NCBI GenBank assembly: GCA_964057225.1 | Contig: OZ059900.1 | Location: forward strand, 9,982,001-10,046,000 | DNA from: Auanema rhodensis | Taxonomy: Eukaryota; Animalia; Nematoda | Reading direction: 5' to 3' | DNA: 64,000 nt | Shown here: piece by piece, positions 24,465 to 39,338 of the stretch | How positions within the stretch are numbered: position 1 is the first letter of the stretch | Layout of the letters: every line of letters starts with the position of its first letter | Made by a program: the position numbers and the translations under genes | The notes under the pieces: generated by a model | Told to the model about the DNA's origin: nothing | Databases searched by the model: none | Seen by the model: only the letters and a program-made list of their open reading frames with translations

Positions 24465-27400
24465 GCAAGTTTTATATTATAAAACCAATATAGAAAGCGA
24501 ATACATTAATTTCTATGGTGAAAATTAGAATTATTAATTTTATTACAAAAATACGTGAAATACGTGTTAATATACGAGTTTTTATAATAAATACGGTAAC
24601 CTATGTATTGGCGTTTAATAGATATTAACTTTCTTCTCGAGTATGTCTTTGTGTTGTTTATGCGTAAGCTTATGTGATAATAATCAGAGTTTATCTCATG
24701 CTGGTTAGAATAGCACTGATTTTATCCAAATGAATAATGCTCGTATTTCGTTTTCTTGGAGTGGTTTTGGGTAAAAAAAAAATAAAAAAAAAACAGAAAA
24801 AGAAGTTTAAAATCCAATAAATCTTGATAGTTAACGATCAGTACATTTTTTTTGTTCCAGTAGTCGAATACATGAATTAATTACGTAATTTATCTGATTG
24901 TAATTTTGTTTTGAGAACAAGACGTTTTTTAAAATAATTTTTCTGTTTTTAGATGTCTCTTTGCTTTGTCTTTTTTTTTCTTTCTTTTTTGTTGCTCGAA
25001 ATAAAATTATAGTTGTATGCTACTCTTCTACGAAATTCCAAATCCTAATCTGATCTTGAGATTCTCGAATAGCAGTGTAGAGAGTCAAACGTAAAGTTTG
25101 TGCTTTTTTCTCAATATGTTGAATATATTTTCTTTACTTTTTTTTGATTTTGTCGAAGTACACCTAACCAGATGTAACCTTAACTCATGTAACGACCAGT
25201 TCCGCGTCAACTGTGTGACCTCAAAGTGTAATATGATGATCTCGGATCAGTTACCACGTTCCTAGAGTCATCTCGGCTTAAAAAATGGAACGAGGTGGCT
25301 GCTATCTCTTGAGTCCATAATTCATAATTTTAGTTTTAAACTTAAAACTGATTTGCATTAATTTTTTTAAGAAAAACATTTTGATTATTATTATTATTTT
25401 GTGAATATATGACTGTTTTTTCACACAATCTAAGGCTAATTTTGGCATAACTCATTAATTATGATGATTTATATCTTGAGAAAATGTTTGTTTTAAAGCA
25501 AACATTTCGTTTATATTTGTTCGGAAATTAGCTTTCTTCTATAGCCTATAGCTTCATATTGGGTCATCGTTTAAAGCCGCATTTGTGCTCTTCTTTTGTT
25601 TCTTTTCTCTCTCATATATAAACAACAGTCAGTTCTTGCAGCTACAGGCTGACTCCGTTCAGCCAGTCGTAGCTGAATAATCATTATTTCCTTGCACATT
25701 AAACGAAATGATATAGACATAAAATGTCTAAGCTTAAGAGAATAGCTATATCGGAAAAAGCGTTTGAGAGACATGCAGCTTATTCTACGCATTGACAGGC
25801 TATGAACGAAGTACAGATTGATGAGAATGTGAGAAGAGCAGCAGCAGCAAGCTCAGTGTTAGCTCGGAAAAGTGAGATGATGATGACAAATTTGTGTGTT
25901 CCGCCGAGAAAAAAAAAAAGAACTTTTTTTTTGATTCTTAAAAAATGTCTGATCAATATGGTTTCAAAGTTTAAAATAGAAGCAAAATAAAAGAGTCATT
26001 GATAAAGAGTATGAAAGATCAAGTGAAAGTCGAGAGAAAAATGTAGACAAGGCTGAAGAAAGAGAGAGAGAGAGAAACTCTTTCTGATGAGAGGAAAACT
26101 CTCTTTCAATCTTCTCTTTTTTTCTCCGTTTTTACAGTTTACTTTCTTGATCTCTCGCTTACTCTCTCTCTTTTTAAGACAATCGTCGTTTTTCTTTGTC
26201 AGAGCTTGTAAACTGGAAAGCAGCATAATTTATGCTTTAGAAAGAGCTCGTCGACATTGGGAGGGCTACTATGTTTTGTTGTGTGTATGTATCTAAGATG
26301 AAGGAAAAGGCCATGAGAGAGCATGGTTAAGCATGAGATGTCTGAGATTGGAACAGAAGCATGAGATGTGTGGTGGTTGGCGGTCTAAGATGGGTGGTAG
26401 AATGGTGGCAAATGAGTGAGAAGGCAAATGCAAGAGAGAGCATGAGATGAAAGAGTGGTAGTTTTTAGATGTTAGAGGGCACCCAATAGAGAAATTTGTT
26501 GAACAAGGCAAAATGAAGAAGAAAGAGATAGCGGGTGGATAGAGGAAAAGACAGAAAATAACATGGCGGCCCCATGTAGCCAAAGAAGTCGAGAAAAGAC
26601 CTACTGGTCGATGAGAGTCTCTTCTCTTTTCTCTAGTCTTTGTAGAAAATAGAAAAAGAAGTGAGTAGACGAAGATATTTTTGCCGTCTCAATGGAAATC
26701 TTAAATCCATATCAAAGCTGATGCTTTTTCTCTTTTCTTGTGGCTCGCTTTTCATTTTATTTTCAATTCTGTGTCGACCCTCTTCCACTCTCTATGACTC
26801 CCTCTTAGCCTTGTCATGTTCTGCTTCCTCCCCCACACACACACTCAAGTTCCTCAAAACTGCTGCCGCTTGCTCTTCTCAACTTTTCACATACTCGTGT
26901 ATCTATAAGAACTGCAATCCATCTCTTCTCTGCTTCCGACAATTTTTTTTGTTTCTTACCTTTTGATGCTTTTACCTACCTCAATTTTTGATGAAATATG
27001 TATTTATTTTTTGTTGGTCCGCCTGTTATTGCTTCAAAACTCGCTTTCAGCTATATTGTTTCCATTTCTTTACGCTAGTCGCGATGACAGACATCCTTCA
27101 CCCATGCCCTTTCATGCGTTTTTTTGTCTCTCGCTGTACAGCTTGAACTATCATTTACTCCCGTCATTGAGCCAATATAATGGTCAGCTCGTGTCATATC
27201 ATCCGCCGACTTCCAGATGCTCATCGACACTATCATCATTCATCTCTTCACGTTGCAATTTTTTTTTCATTAGTCTTGGCCATCGTGAATGCCTCAGATG
27301 TTGCAAATTGAAATAGCCAGTCATGCAACTTGAAGACAAGAAAAAATAGAAATAAATCTCAACTATTTCGAAAATTCAAGTTTCATGCTTTGCATTTTTT

Positions 27401-28574
27401 TGTACAACATCAGAAGCGTTGCCCCTGTTCTGCCACTCATCTTTAGCTCATTCTTTTTTCTGTTCAGCTCACTCATTCATTTTCGAGCCTAATCAATGTC
27501 ATCATTCATTCACTTGTGTTTGTCTAACTTTTTTTTGCATTGTTTCTTTTCCCTCCTGACCGCACTTCATTCCCACCCAGTTTCACCGCTTTTTCCTGTC
27601 CACATGAAGCTGGCAAGCTGTAACTATAAAGACACTTTAAATATATTTTCGAACATGTACTTAACTTTCTGAAAAAATTTTTTATAGCGCATTTCCAATA
27701 GCTAATATTCTAATTTTCGATAATATATTGCTTATGACTATGTTATAAATTTTTTTCGGATTGCAACTTGTCATCTTTTACAATTTTTATTAGAGGCTTT
27801 GTGACTCAATCAAAAATTAATAGACGACATCAAGAAATTTTTTTTCCTCATATCGTTCCATTCGTTTCTCATTCCCGAACCAATTTTCCTAGTTCTGTAG
27901 CTTAGTCTGCTAGTTCATTCCTGCCTGCTTATCTGCACTTTCATATTTTATTTCTTGTTTTAAGTAACAAATTGTGCTTATACTTGCTCTTCTTATTGTT
28001 CTTGTTCTGCTTGTTCATCTCACTGCCTTGTGTTCTCATCTCTCTTTCCTGCATATGAGCTCTGTCTTTATTCATACACTATCAGCTGGCTTTTTGTTAA
28101 CAATGCTTGTTTGCAAACACGATGTAACTTCATACACGACTGTCTCAGATGGATCTGATTCCGTTTATCGCAGATAATCTCAATGCTCGCCTTTGCTCTA
28201 AGTGTATCAAGCTGCATTATATTGCTTTATATCCAACATCTTATTGCCTGTTTTTACATTCTGCAACATCTTGTTTTAACCTTGTTTCGTTATTTTGTTA
28301 TAAAATAGAAACAGTCACGAAATAGTTTCAAATAGCAATATTTCCGCTGCAAAATCGTGGATTCAATTTTTCAGTCTTAGTATTTTCTCTATTCGAGCTG
28401 CTTCTTGCACTCTATTATCTACTGTCTCATCAAGTCATTAAAAACTCTCGTAATTAACAAATTCCTTCTTAAGTATGTGTGTGTATAGAAAATTTCACTT
28501 TATATCTCATATTCTGATCAAGTCTGTTAACTTTCTTTCTCAAAAATCTGCTCTATTTAATCCGTCCATACAGA

Positions 28575-28725
28575 ATGTTTCTACGAAAATTTTGGAATCA
28601 ATGGACATTAGAAGAAAATGCTCGTCGTATGACCATTACGGTTTTACCATCTGGCACAAAAAAAGTTCATTTACGTAGTACTGAGATCAGTGATCTTATC
28701 TATCAAGAAAGTCTAGACACTAATG
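28575..28725 (+). CDS. Putative alternative first coding exon of the TWK gene
   Basis: ATACAG acceptor then ATG; MFLRKFWNQWTLEENARRMTITVLPSG...LDTN followed by phase-1 G|GTATGT. Confidence 0.55.
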
Positions 28726-31700
28726 GTATGTCATTTTTTTAAAATTTCAATATCAATCAATCAATCAATATATATATATATTTGAATATTATAATTAATG
28801 GAACTCTAAGCATATCCAAGATATGCTCGATATGTTTATTACGCTTTGGTTAACAATATGTATATTATGCTAGAGTTAAGTATATGATACTCTTATATGT
28901 AATTAGAGAAAATATTTTGGACATTATGAAGAAGAACTTCAAAAACTTGTAAAGCTTTCATATGTCTTACCTCAACATCCTCAACAACTGTTAGTTTTGT
29001 TTGCCTCTTTGCTATTATACACATATTTTTTCTAAAATACTTGTATATATATATAGTTAAAAAAGAAAAAGAAAATATATATATATATATATATATGTGT
29101 ATATGTGTGCATGTATGGCACCATATGTATGTATCCATTCATTCCCCGGAGGGATAACCCGGTTTTTTCTTGCTTTATTAAACGACCCAAAGGCATAATA
29201 TCTCAATTAGTTTGTCTTCGGTTTTTTCATTCATGGGGGGTATCGACTCTCTTGAAGTCATGCACTCGCTCATCTGTCTCATAGATGTCGAGGATCAAGA
29301 TTTTTCTGAGTTTTTTGTGCTTTTCTCATTTTGCTTTGTCATCCCGTCAAGCCAAACAAAAAAAGTAAAGCAAAATTCCAGTGTCTTCATTTATTTTGTG
29401 AGTTTGAATGACACGGAAGGTTTTTTTGCATGTTTCTTCGGTTTGTATCTTGGTTGAGATTATCTAGCCTCTGCCCAGCTTCAGCTCATTTAGCATATTT
29501 GAGAAATGAAGTCATACGTTCTAGGCTGTGTCAAGCTTTCCGCTATGAGTGATTTGCCCTCTTCCCCCCATGATTCATAATAATCTGTCAGAAGTGGATG
29601 AATTATTTCCCACTTATCTTTAATTGGATGGATGACAAGTGCCGTTTTTGCATCACTCACTTGAACAACTTTCATAGATTAGGCATTTGAAAAATCTCTC
29701 TCCTTTTCTTTGAAAATTTCAATCTAAGTAGATAATTATGAAAAGCTCATACATCGGCTGATCAAAAAAAAGTTTAGAGCCTAGGGATCACGATGTAGTT
29801 TTAATTTTTTTGAAAAAATGCCCAAATCGATTAATAAACAAACTTTTCACATCAGGGAACAGGAAAAAAAATCTATAAAACACATCAATTGACTGAGTAT
29901 AGTCTCAGATTTGATGCAAACATTTATGATTCAACTTATTTCTGTAAACTGCATAGCGAACAACATGAAATTCGAATGTTTTAAAATGTTTACATGATGA
30001 AATATTCATCAGATTAAGCTATTAAATGGACATCTATGACGATTGCGCATGCATAATGGCAAATGCCATTGATCTAAAGATCTGAAGAGAAAAATGCTAA
30101 GAATTAATGAGATACTTCAAGAAATTTCACTAAAAAAAATATTTCCAGAAGCATGCCTTACTTCAAGTAAAAGTTGGAAAAGAAAACAAAAAAAAGTTTT
30201 GAAAAAGCATATATAATGAGAAAAATGTAACAAAAAAATAAACATAAAATAGTTATTTTTATAATTTATATCAAAATCTATCTATATGTATACAAATTTA
30301 TGCCAAAATGTACATATATATGTATATAGTTAACATAATATATACTATATATAGTCATTTTTTATTATTTCCGTTCGTTTATACGTATGTATGTCATGAA
30401 CAGGAGAAGAGAAAAAGAAAAAGAGAACTTGATGAAACAAAGTTTCATGAGATTCTAATTGAATTTCAGAGGGAAAAATGAATTTTTAGCCGGTTCTCTG
30501 TTACCAAGTGACTGTGATAGTGTTTTATGAAAAGCGAACGAAGTGTGATACCTATCCCATACTTATTATCAGTTATGACGTTAAATTATATCTTTTGCTT
30601 TAAATCGAAACTTTTCTCACCTCTACTGTGGCGCCAAAAACTTTAATTTGAATATCAGAAGGATTGTATTGATCGTTTTTACTGAATAATTCTGTATTTG
30701 AACCCTTTTCTTTTTGCAGAAAAAAGACTTTCTTGTTCATGTTCGGAAGATATTCTCTATTTTTGTTCCCCTTTGTTCAGTCTTGTACTTTTATTTTGGC
30801 CATATGTTTACATATCCTACTGTCGTTTTCAGTCTAAGTATAATAGAATTTCGATTACGACCTAAGGATTACCTTGTTTTTCTGCAATATTATCCACATT
30901 CGAAGCTATAAATCTATTATTAAATTTGGTTTTCTGAGCATAAGCTGTAGATTTCTAAATGGTTGCAAAGCTTGTTAATGGCTTAAAAGATCCTAAATGA
31001 AGGATTACGCTCTTATGATGGTTTTTTACTTTTTATAAAGACATAAAAATGGTGGGAAAGCCTTTTTGTTGGAAAAGAAATTTGTAATCTTCGACTGTGA
31101 ATCTTGTTTGAAATCCTTTTTTTTTCATTTTAATTCTTTTTCTCAACTTGTTGTCTAATATGGGTGTTTGGTTATGAAAATTTCATACTGACTCAGATTG
31201 AGAGAGATGAATTGAAGATGTTGTGGGCAGTTGAAGGAGAAGGCAGACTTCAGTGGCCTCTGAAAGACATATAAGAAAAATGCATAGAAACTGATAGGCT
31301 TAAAATAGCAATATCTTGAGAAGCATGCTGAGATCGCAGACTTGAGAGTAAAACCAGTAAGTGAGAAAGAGGGAATGCGAGAGCGTGAGATGGAAAAAGA
31401 TTTTACAACTGCGAAAGACAATAGAGATATTGGTGAAAGGCAAAGAAATCGTGTATAAGTTTGCTCGTATGTAAGAGTTGTGGATAAGATTGTCGGTCAA
31501 ACCAGAGTAGATTGAGAGTGAAAGAGATAGATAGGGCCGGAGAAATGACATTGTCTCTCGCCAAAAACGTCGACTGGCTCATCGCTTTCGCTTCGCTTCT
31601 TCTATTGGCATCCATATAATGTCTTTTTTCCCTTCATGACTCGTAATAATAGCTCCGCCTTCAACTTTCTCCCTATCTCTCTCGTTAAAGCAGTAAGTCT

Positions 31701-32765
31701 GACTCATAGATATATCACTTGCCTAACTTCTCTAGTATCTGTTACTGCTGAGAATTTTCGGATTTTATTTTATTCTGTCTTATGCGTCCGTCAGATATAC
31801 TAACTAGCCGTTCACTTCACTGCAAATACAAGGATTTGTGAAGAAAAAAGTTATTTCTGTTCTAACACATAGTTGTTGCATTCATCAGTTGGATCAGCTT
31901 GGAGTAGCACTCACTGACATATCTATCTATTCGTAAAGAGTTTTGTGCATACGCACTGACTCTAGTTGACGCTAAGCCTTATCGTCCCAGAAGCAAAACG
32001 TGCTAATTTAATTTTCTGGCTGGAGGCCAGCTCACACTCGCCCATTTCACACCATCATCATCGTCATCTTCAACCGCTTCGACCCTATACGCTAGCACCA
32101 ATAGTCGCAACGGCAGACGAAAAACGGCAACATCAGCATATTTGTCCAGCAGGCTGGTCTAGAGATTTATCTGGTTAAAACGGTGCTTCTTATTCTTGTT
32201 TGTTCATCTTGGTCCATTTATCGGCCATAGCCTCTTGGGCTGGCATCTCCAGCCGCAATATAGCATCTTGTTAAGAACATTATTGTCTTAGAGTAGCTAG
32301 TGTCTGATCTTTGTTAAGCACTACCTATTCTTTTCTATAATTATTTCTATTAATTATAACAGCTCTTGAGCTTATTCTTTAAACTGTCGTCTAAAGAGTT
32401 TAACAACTTTACGCCTTTCAAGTGTATAAATTTGGACTCAAAAACCAAAGAACGATAACTTGTGAACAGTTTTTCTTCAAGCAGCATCATTCTGATCAGC
32501 TCTTTACACATTGTGTATAAGCTACAAATCCTCACAAAAAAACTCATTCTCTATCGTCTTACTGGCTCTTCATATTTATTGGATTCGCGTTAATCTGCTA
32601 AGGAAGCCATTGAAGATTCAACGATTGTTTTGAGATATTTCACATCGAGAATTGTCTTTTGTTCGCATTGAAAATTTTGCATTTTCTCTGTGTTGTTTAG
32701 TTTACGTGCAGCTGTAAACATTCATTAATTCAAAACAATTGAAGAACTTATCACGAAAACGAACA

Positions 32766-35700
32766 ATGTTCTTCTATTCACCTCATTCGCGTGGTTCAAT
32801 GTCTATGTCCAGACGTATGACGCTTGCACCTACGCAACAACTGAACGTCAACACACTTGAAATGTATCGTAACCTATCCACATCATTTTATTTGGCACCA
32901 AAAACCAGTCAACCAGCCACTTCAACACAAGAAGCAATAACGGATCACCTACGTGTGCGAGCGCTATCGGGTGATGGACGAGAACAGCTAGCCTTATTAA
33001 GATCCTTGAATAATGGAGTATCGCCTGTATCATCTGTATTATCAAATTGCGACTTGGTGTCAGCTTCTCGTAAGCCAAGCAAAAAGCTACTTCTCCGTAA
33101 ATCTACAATATCAACGGGTGAAGGAGAGAGAATATTAATAGGTAATTATTCATGTTGTACTGTTGAAAATAGTTTCGCAAGCATTACTTCTAACTTGTTT
33201 TTCGATTTCTTCAGCTTACTCGCTTTTTCAATCTTAAATCTATAACTTATAATTCAAATTCTTTATCTTTTTAATTTTTGTAGAGTTCACCAGTTTTATT
33301 TTACAGTATTACTGTATTTGTAATGTTATTCTAGCGCAAACTCTCACATTTGACACATAACTAATTGCTTATTCATCACAATTCTCATGAAAATTCTGAT
33401 TCATATTTGGAATAACAAGACTGATATCATACTACATGTTTATATCTATTTTGTTGACAGATTCTATTTTGCTATTACAAGACAAGTAATATGATGACGT
33501 ACTGAGTATAAACTGGCAATCAGACTTATGTATGTCTCATTGAATTTTTGAATGAAAATCAAATTAAAACATTGCATTGATTACATACAATTGAATTGTA
33601 TATTTCCTAGTTATCTGCTATGCACACATGTTTACGTAATGTAACAACATTTCACGCTTGAACTATTTTTTAACTTTCTGATTATCAGCACCAGATTATG
33701 AATGTTCATGTTGCTCTAATAAGCTGAAGTAGTGGTACACTCTAGCAAAGTTCAAAGACAAAGACATAAAAAACAAAGCTGAAGCAAATGAAGATGGACT
33801 AGTTTACGCGTTCAACTCACTTCATTTAACTATATTTGAACTTTATGCTCATTTTTCACCCTTCATAGTGCAATAAATAATCGCATTTTCATCATATAGT
33901 TGGCAGATATATTAAGCTAGTTGCTTGTTATAAGGGTAAACTCTTGACTATATTTTCATCTTGAAAATGCTTCCGAAAATTTTCCTTTTTTCTCCGAAAA
34001 TGACACATTGTACTCCCATGAGACTTAAGTATTTCTTTTCTTGCCCAATGATTTATGGATCTAATTTCAAATGTGCTATATATGCAGAGCAATTTTTAAC
34101 ACAAATCTCTTCTCACACTAAGAATGTCAGCTCTAAAAATAAAAAAAAAGAGGACATTTGATCTGAGAAACTATTTCAAAACTGGACATAATTGAGATGA
34201 TTAATTTTGCATAATTATGCAATCAGGAAATAACTATTCTCACATTTACTCAATCGACTTAATCTGACAGTTAAATGTTTTGGATAAAATATACTTTTAA
34301 GCATACTTAGCTAATTCACGACATGTTTTTTTTATGTTTCAAAAACCATTATGTTATTTTCAATATAGATTAGGTAAAGAGTCAATTCATAAAGTCAGAC
34401 AGCTCTCACTAAAGCTACTCACGTCTTAAATATTCATTTGTTTTTTTGTTGGAATAGTTATATTAGCGTGTGTCCTGCTACACATCAAGCTGATTTTGCA
34501 CGAGGATTAGAAAGCATGCACTAATTATACGATGAATTAACTTACATTTTGTTCTTAAAACAAGCTGCTTCCTATAGACTCTACGCGAATATTGACGAAT
34601 GATAGTCCAAAAAGAAGACAAACTGATACGAAAAACCGTCTTAGTAGATAATTCCACTTGGATTAAGTGAAAGGAAGTCTTTCATTTCTGACCATTCGAA
34701 ATTAAGAAAATACGAGACAAATAGCTAGATTTAGTTTTTTTTTCTTATTTTTTCTTACAAACCAAACACAATTTTTTCTCTATGCAGTCTGAATTGCAAA
34801 ATTCTTAGCTTTTTTTTTACTTGGATTTGTCATTATGTTCACAATTAGCAGTGAAATCGGTAAGTGTGCGTCTATTCGAATGATGTTTGAGCTTTGAATG
34901 CTATCAGACATGAAATATTGTTTTAACTTTTTAAATATTTAACATCCGATAATTCATTTTCGGTTCCAAAAAAAAAAGAATGATTGCAGATTTTGGAAAG
35001 TCAAAAAACTAAACGAAATGTTTCAAACTTCACCATGTATATTACTTTTTTCTAGATCATGTAACAGCACGATGGGAAGGAGTTCAGCTAAATCCACAAT
35101 CCAGTATACTTGATGGAGATGATGCAACAGTTCTGACAGACACAGTGAAAGGCGAAGAAGAATCAACAGAAGAGCCAAAAAACTGCTTACAACAAACTGT
35201 TAAGGTATATTAACAGATGGAAATAATATAAAAAAGTGAAATTGAGCCATTTCGTTAAAAAAAATAAGAATAAAAATAATGTTTTTCTAATAATTCTGGT
35301 TGAAAACTGATTTTTGTTTCAGTATATCAAAATTTTAATTCCACATATAATACTTGTTGCTGTATTAATTGGATATCTCTGTCTTGGTGCATGGATTTTA
35401 ATGTTATTAGAAACAAGAACTGAATTATTGGCTCGTTCTCGCAAGCTAGTTCGGTATGTTATTCAGATAATTTTAGTCTTTTTTTTCATATTTCAAAAAA
35501 CATCTCACAACATCTTACTATTATTTATAATATTTTGAAAAATTAGTCCTGTGATTCTTCTGAAATTTGTAGATTGACTAATATGATGTCAAATTTTACT
35601 GCAAGTAGTTGGATGATTGTGAATGATGCGCAACATGGCATGTCGAAAATCGAACAAGAGCAGTGGGCCGCAGCTTTCAGGTCTGTTTATGTGTTGTCTT

Positions 35701-37905
35701 AAAAGCTGCATTATAACAAACATGGCCGCAAAAAAGGCTGAAAATCAATGTTTCATTAAAACTAAGCAAAAATTCAATTTTGAAATATGTATGCTAGAAA
35801 ACAGTGAAATCAAACGATTCAACAAACTTTTTTTCTGTAATATAATCTAATATTGAAAAGTTTATGTGTTGTTTACACGTTGTCTTGATTCAATATATTG
35901 ATGCACGTCTCATACATATATGTGTGCTTGTGGGTGGAGCAGAGAACAATGAACAAAGAATATGCTTTAGAAAACTTAAAAATTTTAGAAATTCAATCAG
36001 AATACTTTAATGAGTTGACAAAATAAAAAATTGAAATTTTAAGGGAATGGATGCTATCGATATCTGAAACCGTAGATGATCGACGTCCTATACGTAAAGA
36101 GCTGAATCGGCCGGATGATATATCGAATATGCATAACAAATGGACGTTTCCAACAGCATTGTTATATGTATTAACTGTCTTAACTACTTGTGGTATGCAT
36201 TTTCTCAATTTGATCTTATACAGAAAAGTTTTTGAGTATTTTCATCTATTCCTATCTATATTATATGATAATTTTATTAATTATAAGACTATGATCAATT
36301 AATTTTTCAGGTTATGGCGAAGTTTCTGTAGACACTGATGTAGGCAAAGTATTTTCTGTTGTTTTTGCATTGGTTGGTATACCACTTATGTTCATAACAG
36401 CTGCTGATATTGGTAAATTCTTGTCGGAAACATTGCTCAAGTTTGTCAGCAATTGGAATCGTATGACACGTAAAGTTAAAGTAAGTTTTAGAGCATTTTT
36501 AAACTATAATTAGCTACTGCTAAATGTGAAAGATATGAGAATAAGAAAGAAGCGTTTCTTCTTTATCAAGTAACAAACGCTTTTCAAGGGCGTTAGAGAC
36601 AGATGGGTGCATAGGGAATATTAACTACTTGTTCTTGAAAAACTCGAATAAGCGGTTTTGAAAATAGAAAAAAGGGTTTAAAAAGTTTAAAAAATATAAT
36701 TCAATATATTAAATTATATTATATAATACAAACTCAATTTTTCTACCTTATTATTATATTTTGAAGCAATTCATTTGTCGTACAAGACATGGAAGAAGAA
36801 AATCTTTACAATCATCTATTGGTAAAACGGATACTATGGATATACTGGGTGTTGATGGAACTGAAGAAAAATTATGGTTTCCAATTGGTATAAATCTTAA
36901 TTGATGCGTTGATTAAATAAAAAAACTATGATTTCAGGTGCATATGTTTCATGCATCTGCTTGTATTGTTCTATGGGTTCAGCCATGTTCATTAACTGGG
37001 AACGGTAAGTTATGAATGATTTATCAAAAGAAATTTAAAAATTGTTATGAAACTTATTAATACAAAAATACAAATTATACAATTTTATAAAATATAAAAT
37101 AAGAAAATATCAAATGTGCTTGAGGAAAAATGATTATATCACATAGCTTTGTTCAATTTTAATTTGCAGAAGTTGGTCTTTCATTCATGCATTTCATTTT
37201 GGCTTCAATCTCATCGTGACAGTTGGGCTGGGAGATATTGTAGTAAAAGATTACATCTTTCTATCATTGATTGTGGCATTTGTTATCGTTGGTAAGAATA
37301 CAACCTAACTATCAATCGTAAATGAACTAATCATTATGTATATTAGGTCTGTCCGTTGTAACTATGTGCGTTGATTTGGCGTCCACCCACTTGAAGGCAT
37401 ACTTCACTCGCATTCACTACTTTGGACGTGCAAAACGGTAACGAAATAGAACAATAGAATAGGCTTGAAGCTTCTATTCATTTGTAAAATATAACAAGAT
37501 AGTAATGGATATATTTGCAGTTTCTTGGGTATGAGTGAAGAATTAAAGGAAATTGTAGCATTACTGGGTGCTATGAGAAGAAAGAAAGGTGGAAAGGTAT
37601 ATACATATCAATTCATAAAATAATAAATATCAAATCAAACCTGATAGGTAACATGGAACGATGTTCGAGACTTTTTGGACAACGAGTTACGTGATCGACC
37701 ATTTGAACCACATGAGCTTCTAATGAAATTAAGGTTCATTGACGAAACATCATCAGGTATTATCGCATATAATCTCATTGTATCATAATTTTTAATAGGT
37801 TTATCAACTGTGCGCCATAATTCATTTCAATCTGATTTCTTCCGTGAGTCAGAGTATATTAGGAGAGTACAAGCATTACGACCGGAACAACCAGCATTTT
37901 TATAA
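32766..37905 (+). CDS. TWK-family two-pore-domain (K2P) potassium channel
   Basis: First exon 32766-33141; common exons from 35056. M1 LIPHIILVAVLIGYLCLGAWIL, P1 WTFPTALLYVLTVLTTCGYG, M2 FALVGIPLMFITAADIGKFLSE, P2 WSFIHAFHFGFNLIVTVGLGD, M4 FVIVGLSVVTMCVDL, IHYFGR. Stop at 37903-37905. Confidence 0.95.
34835..34859 (+). CDS. Putative short alternative first exon of the TWK gene
   Basis: MFTISSEI followed by phase-1 G|GTAAGT, 196 nt before the common exon. Confidence 0.5.
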
Positions 37906-38831
37906 GAAATCACTAGGTATATATAACATAATTTATATGAAAATGAAGAAGAATCAGAAATTCATAATATTTATGCTAACTATATTATATATTATATTTT
38001 TAGGCCATCAATTTTTTCAAGATTATATTAGGAAAGTAAAATACTTGAATGTTACATCTTCCTTCTACTTTGTATCAAAACATATAGTTCACATGGAATT
38101 TTTATATATACATATATATTTCTAAATATATTGTTTAAAAGTTTATTAATACTATATATTATATTAAAATATATTATATATATATACTATATACTATATA
38201 TTATATATTTAATAATATCGTCTTCTTTTTTCTTTGTCAAAGAAAGAAAAATGAAACATTTCCAACAATCTGTTGTCTTCCATTGTCTTATTTCATATGC
38301 TCTTTGTGCTTTGTACTCATTTTCATGTCTTTTCTGTATTCCCTTGAATTTTCTTGATTTTATCAAGCATATGTAACAGGTGTCCATATGCTTTGTCGTC
38401 GTTTTATAAATTCTTTTGACTCTTATACATGTAAAACGTTTCAATATGTTTCGTCTCTATCAATGTTATCTTATTAGTTTTGCGTGAGTCCATTCATATC
38501 GCTAAAGTATATTAATATGAAGAGCACTTCATGGTTGTTCATAAGTGAAAGTTTTTTCCTGTACTCTCATTTCGTCTTTTTTCTTTGATTTTCTTTCATT
38601 TTTAAACATTTTTTTCATATTTTTAGCTACTTAGTCTTTGATATATTATATATTATTATACACTTTTTTTGACAATTATTTCTTGAATCTGCCACCTCAG
38701 CAGGTCCAATAAATTATCTAATTTTCCAATTGTTTGCCATATTTTCATGTTTTCCGTTGTGATTTGTCATTATTTTTGTAAATATAAAGAATTCATTCAA
38801 AACATTTATTACATATTAGCATTTTGACAAG

Positions 38832-39338
38832 TTATTCCTCGTAGTCATATCTATCAGAATATACTGGAGCATGCAGAACAATACGTCCCATGCGCAAATC
38901 ATCGTAGCGTTTACGCTCCTCCGCATTGCAGCAAAACTGCTGTAAGAATGCTTCTGAACACCGACCACGCATACAACAATGACGAGTCAGAGTCACCCTG
39001 TCTTTATTCTGTAGAGTACCTTCCATAAAACGATCACGCTTCTCTTTATGTCCTATAATTTGTATTTTAAAGCAATGGAAGCATATTTCATTTAAATTAT
39101 AAAGAAAACGAGCAATTTTGAATTACAATGAAAACTTACCAATCCGAACAGGCTTAGATCGAAAACAGTTGTTGCACACAGCAAGCATTTCTCTTAGAAG
39201 AGAAGTTCCGCAAAGTTTTTTGTGAGTTGTATCACTTTTCAGGATTCTAACCAGCATCTCTGGATCCAAGTGCCGATGATATGAATAGACTGAGCCAATC
39301 ACAGAGAATGTAACTAGAATGAGCACAGCAACTTTCAT
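38832..39338 (-). CDS. Insulin-like peptide, beta-type (8 Cys), 2 exons (39338-39140, 39052-38832)
   Basis: Signal peptide MKVAVLILVTFSVIGSVYS; B chain KLCGTSLLREMLAVCNNC; dibasic KEKR; A chain LTRHCCMRGRCSEAFLQQFCC. Confidence 0.92.

Noticed and set aside
25571-27316. Cluster of short ORFs in GA/CT-rich DNA
   Set aside because: Low-complexity translations typical of nematode regulatory or intronic sequence.
37844-38444. AT-rich ORFs after the TWK stop codon
   Set aside because: Compositional artefacts of the 3' UTR and intergenic DNA.
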